This document shows, in pieces, positions 57,685 through 64,000 of a DNA stretch of 64,000 nucleotides. Position numbers and translations under genes: made by a program. The notes beneath the pieces were generated by a model. It had not been told where the DNA came from, made no database searches, and was given only the letters and a program-made list of their open reading frames with translations. Each line of letters opens with the position of its first letter. The stretch's first letter is position 1. Source of the stretch: an uncultured bacterium. GTDB taxonomy: Bacteria; Bacteroidota; Rhodothermia; Rhodothermales; UBA10348. The stretch is from assembly GCA_943788505.1 (NCBI GenBank), contig CALSQR010000002.1, positions 1,244,161-1,308,160 of the forward strand, in the 5' to 3' direction.

Positions 57685-57906
57685 ATGTACATGGCCATCC
57701 ACAAAAACATGGGTCGTTTTGATCGCACTATCCGCTTCATCGTAGGAGTCGTTCTTATAGGACTCTACTTTTTTACTGAAATACTAACAGGAACGATCGG
57801 AACGATTGCTTTGGTCTTTTCCATCGTGCTCATCGGTACGAGCTTTATCGGTATCTGCGGACTGTACATACCATTCCAGTATCGCACCTGCGAACCACAC
57901 GAATAG
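57685..57906 (+). CDS. DUF2892-family small membrane protein (YgaP C-terminal-like)
   Basis: 73 aa with the motif NMGRFDRTIRFIVGVVLIGL followed by a second TM helix. The start could be one of several nearby Met codons. Confidence 0.7.
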   Translation: MYMAIHKNMGRFDRTIRFIVGVVLIGLYFFTEILTGTIGTIALVFSIVLIGTSFIGICGLYIPFQYRTCEPHE

Positions 57907-57935
57907 GCTAGATAATAAACGCGGTGTCGGGCCGA

Positions 57936-59609
57936 TCAGCGTGTCAGGTGACGGTACTTGATGCGGTGTGGCTGGTCGGCTTCCATACCTAGGCGTTCCT
58001 TGCGATTTTCGTCGTAATCACTATAGTTGCCCTCAAACCACACAACTTCCGAGTTGCCTTCAAACGCTAGAATGTGTGTCGCAATACGGTCTAAGAACCA
58101 GCGATCATGCGAGATGACTACCGCACATCCAGCGAAGTTCAATAGTGCCTCTTCCAGCGCACGAAGCGTGTTAACATCGAGGTCGTTGGTAGGCTCATCG
58201 AGCAGAAGCACGTTGGCGCCTTCCTTGAGCATTTTCGCTAGGTGAACGCGGTTTCGTTCTCCACCTGACAGCTCTGAAACGAGCTTCTGCTGATCACTTC
58301 CACCAAAGTTGAACTGTCCGACGTAGGCTCGAGAGTTTACTTCCTTGCCTCCCATCGAGACGAAATCAGTTCCGCCTGTAATCTCCTGCCAAACATTTTT
58401 GGTCCCATCAAGCGGGCGGTCTTGATCGATGTATCCCAACTGGACTGTATCACCGATGGAAAACGTTCCACCGTCTGGCGTTTCTTGCCCAGTGATCATT
58501 CTGAACATGGTGGTCTTACCGGTACCGTTGGCCCCGACGATCCCGATGATGCCGCCTGGAGGTAAGGAAAATGTTAAGTCGTCGTATAGAAGTTGGTCTC
58601 CGAATGCCTTCATGACACTGTCGGCGGCAATAACCTGCGCACCTAGACGCGGACCTGGCTGGATGGGCACCTGTACTTCTTCCTGACGTTTCTCACCCTG
58701 CTGCTCGACCATTTTCTCGTAGGCCGTGATACGAGCTTTATTCTTGGCGCGTCGTCCTTTAGGTGACATCCGGACCCATTCGAGTTCATCCTGAAGTGCC
58801 TTCTGTCGTTTGGACTCTTTCTTTTCTTCCTGGGCAAGGCGTTTGTGCTTCTGCTCAAGCCAAGATGAGTAATTCCCTTCGAACGGAATACCCTGTCCGC
58901 GGTCGAGTTCGAGGATCCAGCCAGCTACGTTATCGAGGAAGTAGCGATCATGCGTTACTGCGATGACCGTTCCTTCGTAGCGCGCCAGATGCTGCTCGAG
59001 CCACGCGACGCTTTCTGCATCGAGGTGGTTCGTGGGTTCGTCCAACAGGAGGACGTCAGGTTTCTGGAGGAGCAAACGCACTAGCGCTACGCGGCGTTTT
59101 TCACCGCCAGAAAGCACGCCGATTTTGGCATCTGAAGGGGGGCAGCGGAGTGCATCCATCGCCATTTCCAAACGGCTTTCAAGGTCCCAAGCCCCCATGG
59201 CGTCGATCTTGTCCTGCAGCTTTGCCTGCTGTTCCATCAAGACCTCGTAATCCGCGTCCGGCTCGGCAAATTTTTCGGATACGGCATTGTAGTCCTTCAT
59301 CAACTGGACCGCTTCGGCTGCGCCTTCTTGAACGATGTCAAGGACGGTGGCTTCTGGATCGAGTGCCGGCTCCTGTGGAAGGTATCCAAAGGTGATGCCT
59401 TTCTGTGACTGGATTTCACCGAGGTAGTCAGTGTCTAACCCTGCAATGATGCGCAAGAGCGAGCTTTTTCCAGCGCCGTTCAGACCTAGTACGCCAATCT
59501 TCGCGCCATAGTAAAAGGAAAGCCAGATGTCCTTGAGGACCTGTTTGCGGGTCGACTTATAAATCTTGCCGACGCCGTTCATCGAAAAAATGATCTTTTG
59601 ATCGCTCAT
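57936..59609 (-). CDS. ettA: Energy-dependent translational throttle protein EttA (ABC-F ATPase)
   Basis: 557 aa with two ABC cassettes (GLNGAGKSS and GANGTGKTT; LSGGEKRRVAL and LSGGERNRVHL). It has the EttA-type arm/linker and the C-terminal HRIKYRHL. Confidence 0.95.
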   Translation of the reverse strand: MSDQKIIFSMNGVGKIYKSTRKQVLKDIWLSFYYGAKIGVLGLNGAGKSSLLRIIAGLDTDYLGEIQSQKGITFGYLPQEPALDPEATVLDIVQEGAAEAVQLMKDYNAVSEKFAEPDADYEVLMEQQAKLQDKIDAMGAWDLESRLEMAMDALRCPPSDAKIGVLSGGEKRRVALVRLLLQKPDVLLLDEPTNHLDAESVAWLEQHLARYEGTVIAVTHDRYFLDNVAGWILELDRGQGIPFEGNYSSWLEQKHKRLAQEEKKESKRQKALQDELEWVRMSPKGRRAKNKARITAYEKMVEQQGEKRQEEVQVPIQPGPRLGAQVIAADSVMKAFGDQLLYDDLTFSLPPGGIIGIVGANGTGKTTMFRMITGQETPDGGTFSIGDTVQLGYIDQDRPLDGTKNVWQEITGGTDFVSMGGKEVNSRAYVGQFNFGGSDQQKLVSELSGGERNRVHLAKMLKEGANVLLLDEPTNDLDVNTLRALEEALLNFAGCAVVISHDRWFLDRIATHILAFEGNSEVVWFEGNYSDYDENRKERLGMEADQPHRIKYRHLTR

Positions 59610-59938
59610 TGGGACGTTCTATTCAAAAATGGAAGGTGGGAAATCCTGGATTTGAGCCCACTGGGGATGCGCGTGAAAGCGGAAAGTTCAGAATTGTTCG
59701 GTCTTTCGAGTCTTCTGGAGGCTATTCTGCAGGAAATTCGCCGGCAAGCCTACATCCTGAATATCTTCGAGAGTTTCGTGATAGTGGAATCGAGCAATAT
59801 TGACTGACGAAAAGATACGATGATGAATACTTGTACTCTCCCGGAACGACTTCTCTTCAAAGTCGAAATCTTGTAGGAGGCGAACCCATCCACTACCGGT
59901 TGAGTTATTATCACTGAATACCTAATCGATTTGAGATC

Positions 59939-60547
59939 ATGATTCCAGCAACAGAAGCCCTTGCGAGACTAAAAGAAGGCAACAAACGATATCTATCAGG
60001 AGGGCATGCCCGATCTGCCATTGATATGCAAAAAATGCGGGATGATCTGGCCGATGGCCAAGCTCCATTTGCGGTCGTGCTGAGTTGTTCAGACTCCAGG
60101 GTGCCAACAGAATATGTATTTGATCAACATCTTGGGGATCTGTTCGTGATCCGGGTAGCAGGCAATATCGTTGAACCCTCTCAGATTGCGAGTGTTGAGT
60201 TTGCAGTTGAACAATTGGGCACCCGATTAATCGTCGTGATGGGGCATACGAGGTGCGGCGCTGTTCAAGCTGCATTGAAGGCGATGGAAGACCCTGAATT
60301 CAAGTTTTCGATCCACATGGAGGCGATCGTGAATCGGGTTGAGACGGCAATTCGATCCGAACCAGCATTTGATTCAGCCCAATCTCATGAGGAAAAGTGT
60401 CGAATAGCTGGGCATGCCAATGTCGAGCACTCGGTGGAGCGTCTTTACTCCAAATCAGAATCGCTGGCCGCATTGATATCGTCTGGGGACGTCATGTGCA
60501 TCGGCGCAGAGTATTCCGTTGAGACAGGCATCGTATCCTGGCTGTAG
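59939..60547 (+). CDS. Beta-class carbonic anhydrase
   Basis: 202 aa with the zinc ligand motifs CSDSRV and GHTRCGAV. Confidence 0.9.
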   Translation: MIPATEALARLKEGNKRYLSGGHARSAIDMQKMRDDLADGQAPFAVVLSCSDSRVPTEYVFDQHLGDLFVIRVAGNIVEPSQIASVEFAVEQLGTRLIVVMGHTRCGAVQAALKAMEDPEFKFSIHMEAIVNRVETAIRSEPAFDSAQSHEEKCRIAGHANVEHSVERLYSKSESLAALISSGDVMCIGAEYSVETGIVSWL

Positions 60548-60570
60548 TAACACCCTACCGTTGTTGAACC

Positions 60571-61404
60571 ATGAGCTCTCCCACACGCCGCTACTCGGAC
60601 AAGGAAATCGGTCTGCTGATTCAGCGGGCAACGGAATTACACGAGGAACGCGCTGGAAGCCCCGCTCGGTCTCTATCCCTTGCCGACGCCGAACATATTG
60701 CTGAGGAGTTGGGCGTTTCGAAGGATTTCGTCCATACCGCCGCACTTGAAATGGAGCGCGGTGTCCATCGGAAGAAGTCGTTTTCTCTCTTTGGTGGACC
60801 GTTTCGTGAGATTGCCGCAGATTCTATTGACGTAGAGCTTACCGACGAAATATGGGAAGAGATAGTGTTGGACATGCGTCGTTTGACGGGTAGCTCCGGA
60901 AAGGTCGAGCAAATCGGGCGATTGAGGGAATGGAAAAAGGAATTAAAGGACATGGATCTGGTCCTATATCGCTTTCAAGTTTCAGCCATGGCCCGAGATG
61001 GCAAAACCCAGATCGAAGTTGAAAAGCAGTTCGGTGGGATGGCGTTCCTTTCTTTCGTGGTCTCATTAGCTGCAGGATTCGCTCTTGCAGGGATTGCTAT
61101 GGATGGCTCCGGACTACCTCCTGAGGTGGTTTTCCCTATTGCAGCAGGTTCAGGTGCTGGTTTTCTAGTGATGGCCCGTGCGGCGCTGAGGCTCAGAGCA
61201 AGACAGCATCAGGCACGTGTCCAAGAGATTCTAGGACGGGTTCGCAATCTGTTTCCAGCTTCGTCTGACGGGGGGCTTGACGCTCAACATGTGTCAGACG
61301 CTGCCAGTGTGATATCCGACGAAGCAGGACGCATCGTCTTAGATGAGGAGGAGCCTTCGCCTGATCAATCCCTTCTATATCACGATCGAAACCGAGATCG
61401 CTAG
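60571..61404 (+). CDS. Hypothetical membrane protein
   Basis: 277 aa with a soluble N-terminal half, two central TM helices (GGMAFLSFVVSLAAGFALAGIAM and VVFPIAAGSGAGFLVMA) and an acidic tail. Confidence 0.55.
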   Translation: MSSPTRRYSDKEIGLLIQRATELHEERAGSPARSLSLADAEHIAEELGVSKDFVHTAALEMERGVHRKKSFSLFGGPFREIAADSIDVELTDEIWEEIVLDMRRLTGSSGKVEQIGRLREWKKELKDMDLVLYRFQVSAMARDGKTQIEVEKQFGGMAFLSFVVSLAAGFALAGIAMDGSGLPPEVVFPIAAGSGAGFLVMARAALRLRARQHQARVQEILGRVRNLFPASSDGGLDAQHVSDAASVISDEAGRIVLDEEEPSPDQSLLYHDRNRDR

Positions 61405-61636
61405 AGAAGGCTTGCGACCTTTTGAACAGCCATTCCGAATACGCCCATGCAGTCATTGATCAAGGCCAACAAGGCGATGAACATCATAAGGGTCTTGATA
61501 TTCGTGTTTTCAACGTACGATGCCTGAAAGGCTTAATCCTGGAAACTGCCGGTGTACTCCTGTGTGGGCAAAAGCTCTTTCCAAATGGCCCTTACGGCCT
61601 CTTCGGTCTGACTTCCCAAAGGGCTCTATAGCTAAC

Positions 61637-61903
61637 CTAGCAGAAGCGAGGTAACTCCTGACCATTTACGGCCTGGAGCCGATCCAGCCGGACTTCAAAG
61701 GCCTTCGTTTCGTCTTCCCCGACAGAGAGCATTCTGACCCAGTCCGCACCATCCTTGGCGAATACGTCCAGTAGCCAGAACGATCCATCCTGCGTTTCTT
61801 CTGCTCCTTCGTAGACCACACGAACCACGTCACCACGCGTCGCGTGATGCTCAAGTGCATCATGAAAGGAACAGGAAATGGGTACGTAGTCAGTGTTCGA
61901 CAT
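61637..61903 (-). CDS. rof: Rof/YaeO-like protein (Rho-binding antiterminator family)
   Basis: 88 aa. The N-terminal YVPISCSFHDALEHHA matches the Y.PI.C..(Y/H)D.LE start of the Rof family, and the size and beta-rich remainder are consistent. The assignment is from memory. Confidence 0.6.
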   Translation of the reverse strand: MSNTDYVPISCSFHDALEHHATRGDVVRVVYEGAEETQDGSFWLLDVFAKDGADWVRMLSVGEDETKAFEVRLDRLQAVNGQELPRFC

Positions 61904-62076
61904 AGACGATGTAAAAAGCTCTAGAGACAGTATAAGACTAGTCCGGCCGGGAAAACCCTACGATTATGACCCGCTGAACGACAAATCAGTGGTGTTGTTG
62001 CATCTTGCTCATTGAGATCCCTCTAACCATGTCCGACCATTATCCCAAGGCGCTCGATGACTGCTGGTAAGAGTTG

Positions 62077-62916
62077 CTACTCGTTGTCGACGTCGAAAAT
62101 CTTGTTTACGATTTCCCATCGGCCATCGATTTTCAATAGCTGCATGTAGTCTGTGAAATAGGCACCTGGATAATCCAGAATGATTTTGCCTACGGCTGCA
62201 TTACCCGAGACGTCTACCCAATCGATATAGCGAAATCGATCCGCTTCGTTCTCGGCGGGCTGACCTGGAGCGCTCGCAATGTATTCGGCGCTAGAACGGG
62301 AGTTGAATTCACCGTCTCGGATCCAGTAAAGGTTGGCAACGTCATTAAATGCCTGTTCGTGTTCACTGCCCATCCCCGTAGCATGGCCACGTAGGTAGTG
62401 ACGAAGTGCCGTACGAACCATCGCCTCTTCGTTCTTGTTCTGATCGATTAAGCATGGATCGCTGGCGCGGGTATCAGCCATCGCAATAACTTTCCAGTCG
62501 TCGTCAGCATTTCGCACAAACTGAAATGTGTTTGAACCACAATGCGAGAATTGGTCGCCTGCATAAAAGGCATAGTCCATCCAGGCAGTGGCCAGGTTGT
62601 CTTGTATCTCGATGTCCACATTCCAGATACGTTCATCCCAGGCCGGGCCTGAAGTGCCTTGGCGGATGGCCTCAGCAAAATCAGTTGCTGCCATGGTGCG
62701 CACAAACGACGCGCCATCAAGGCTGCCAGTAGAGTTGAGACTGGCACCGTCTGCGAATATGGACGATACTTTATCTGCATCCATTTGCCGCATACCGTCA
62801 AACATGGTTTCGATGACTTCCATAACCTCTTGAAGAGCGTAGTCCTGGGCAAGACTCTGGCGTCCTGGGAAAAACAGGAATAAGAGCACAAAGGCAGGGA
62901 TTGAAAATCGGCGCAT
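62077..62916 (-). CDS. Secreted two-domain NTF2-like protein (DUF4440/SnoaL-like plus putative lumazine-binding-like)
   Basis: I prefer the ATG at 62916 (MRRFSIPAFVLLFLFFPGRQSLAQ). There are two cone-fold modules. The second ends GKIILDYPGAYFTDYMQLLKIDGRWEIVNKIF. Confidence 0.7.
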   Translation of the reverse strand: MRRFSIPAFVLLFLFFPGRQSLAQDYALQEVMEVIETMFDGMRQMDADKVSSIFADGASLNSTGSLDGASFVRTMAATDFAEAIRQGTSGPAWDERIWNVDIEIQDNLATAWMDYAFYAGDQFSHCGSNTFQFVRNADDDWKVIAMADTRASDPCLIDQNKNEEAMVRTALRHYLRGHATGMGSEHEQAFNDVANLYWIRDGEFNSRSSAEYIASAPGQPAENEADRFRYIDWVDVSGNAAVGKIILDYPGAYFTDYMQLLKIDGRWEIVNKIFDVDNE

Positions 62917-63140
62917 GGGTCTGGGGGTCGTTGGAAGTAATAGGTTCTTCAGGTGCAGAAGACGAAGTACGTTGTTCGAAGTTACCTTGATCGCATCAGA
63001 AAAACCTCTACTCAAGGTCAGTTTACATCAATGCTTGCCTGTTGATTGAAAATGGAGTAGTGTTGACTGACTGAGGGCAGACTAACAAATGCCAGAACCG
63101 GCATGATCGCCCGTGCACTCCCACCTATTTCGAATTCATT

Positions 63141-64000
63141 ATGCAACGTATTCTTTTTTCCTTTTTGTCTCTGTTTCTCGTTGTCGGGGTGTCTTCAGCT
63201 CAGACGATGCCTGACGGTGATGCCGGATCTCGCCTAGGCTTTGGCGGAGCGCTGACCATTTCAGATGGCCATATTTATGTTGGGTCAGCGCCTATTGGTT
63301 GGCCAACTGGGTCAGATCCAGCTGGTCAGGTGTACGAGTTCACCAAAGGAGCCGACGGCACGTGGATTGAGTCGGCCCGCATCGGCGCTTCCAACGGAGA
63401 GATGGGCGATGATTTTGGCCGGTCTATAACCGTGGATGGCGATGTGATGCTGGTTGCGGCTCCTGGACTAGGAGCTGTGTATGCATTTGAGCGCAGTGCA
63501 GATGGATGGTCAGAGTCTGGCAAGATCTATCCAGGGATGACACTTCCTGAAGACGAAGAGTTTGGTGGCGCCTATGCTCGAGGCGGACTCCGCACTGAAA
63601 CGATGGCCCGCATTGGCGACACGTGGCTCGTCGCTTCTTACAACGGCCTTGATGACACTGGCCGTGTGCATGTCGTTCATCATATGGGAACCATGTGGCA
63701 CTCCATGGGCACCACACCTGCTTCAGGAGCATGGTCAATTGCATCAGCTGGCAATATGCTCATTGCAGGCGTGCCGTCTGCGCACGACGGAACGGGTCAT
63801 GTGATGGTTTATTCTATGCAGGACGATGGATCTTGGTCGACTGGCGAGATGCTGATGGGTGATGGCTTGACCGAGAACGCTGGAATGGGACGGTCTTTGG
63901 CAGTTTCTGGCGATCGTCTATTTGTAGGCGCGCCTGGACATGAAGATGGTGGCGCTGTTTTGGTATTTGACAAGGGTCCGATGGGCGGATGGGCCCAGAC
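63141..64000 (+). CDS. Secreted FG-GAP-like beta-propeller repeat protein (5' part; runs off the right edge)
   Basis: Absent from the ORF track because it has no stop in the window. The ATG at 63141 gives MQRILFSFLSLFLVVGVSSAQ. Repeats of the type FGGALTISDGHIYVGSAP, DDFGRSITVDGDVMLVAAPG and GMGRSLAVSGDRLFVGAPG follow. Confidence 0.7.
   Translation, partial: MQRILFSFLSLFLVVGVSSAQTMPDGDAGSRLGFGGALTISDGHIYVGSAPIGWPTGSDPAGQVYEFTKGADGTWIESARIGASNGEMGDDFGRSITVDGDVMLVAAPGLGAVYAFERSADGWSESGKIYPGMTLPEDEEFGGAYARGGLRTETMARIGDTWLVASYNGLDDTGRVHVVHHMGTMWHSMGTTPASGAWSIASAGNMLIAGVPSAHDGTGHVMVYSMQDDGSWSTGEMLMGDGLTENAGMGRSLAVSGDRLFVGAPGHEDGGAVLVFDKGPMGGWAQ

Noticed and set aside
59688-59921. 77-codon open frame on the minus strand in the 329-bp ettA / carbonic anhydrase gap (…SFRESTSIHHRIFSSVNIARFHYHETLEDIQDVGLPANFLQNSLQK…)
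   Set aside because: It has no ATG or GTG, and the only TTG is near its end. I recognised no family. It may be an eroded gene remnant, but that cannot be supported from sequence alone.
61422-61631. 69-aa plus-strand ORF in the gap after the membrane protein gene; the minus strand holds a 28-aa hydrophobic ORF
   Set aside because: It has no motif and an odd composition. It lies in a convergent terminator-type gap, and there is nothing to support coding.
1-64000. Search for CRISPR arrays, tRNA or rRNA genes, IS elements, integrases, phage modules, toxin-antitoxin pairs and reverse transcriptases
   Set aside because: I saw no spaced identical repeats, cloverleaf-like sequences, DDE or tyrosine-recombinase motifs, or terminal inverted repeats on either strand. 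This was a by-eye scan, so small or degenerate elements could be missed.

Overview
This 64-kb window is about 52% GC and looks like a Bacteroidota/Rhodothermota-type (FCB-group) chromosome. Start codons lack Shine-Dalgarno sequences, and the window carries a tandem-FtsX MacB-type permease, DUF2480, DUF4097, and many lipoproteins and outer-membrane barrels. It is mostly densely packed core genome: gltA, rarA, a TRAP transporter, def, a metal ABC importer, a LOG-family gene, trmH, glnS, folE-queD, a HIT-family gene, coaE, yajC, priA, recG, ettA, a beta-carbonic anhydrase and several SDRs and hydrolases. An SRP RNA gene (ffs), not represented in the ORF track, sits in the yajC-priA gap. I found no CRISPR array, tRNA or rRNA, transposase, integrase, phage module or recognisable defence system, and I cannot point to a convincing new multi-gene system. 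The best candidate is at the left edge. It is a co-directional array of at least four secreted LVIVD-type beta-propeller paralogues of unknown function. The three complete copies share five invariant histidines, a possible metal centre, and four helically phased GGTGG(G/A)AT repeats precede the array. The second theme is an unusual density of gene lesions in otherwise housekeeping DNA:
- an in-frame TAA inside the receiver domain of a hybrid histidine kinase;
- an in-frame TAG in a GNAT acetyltransferase;
- an ECF sigma-factor N-terminal stub that overlaps the 3' end of a convergent sensor-like ORF lacking an output domain;
- an FtsX permease missing its first periplasmic domain.

Other points are a GlnRS with a C-terminal YqeY/GatB-like domain, split or incomplete transporter operons, candidate operators and terminators, and a few small unannotated ORFs. 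All homology calls come from reading the translations by eye; no searches were run.
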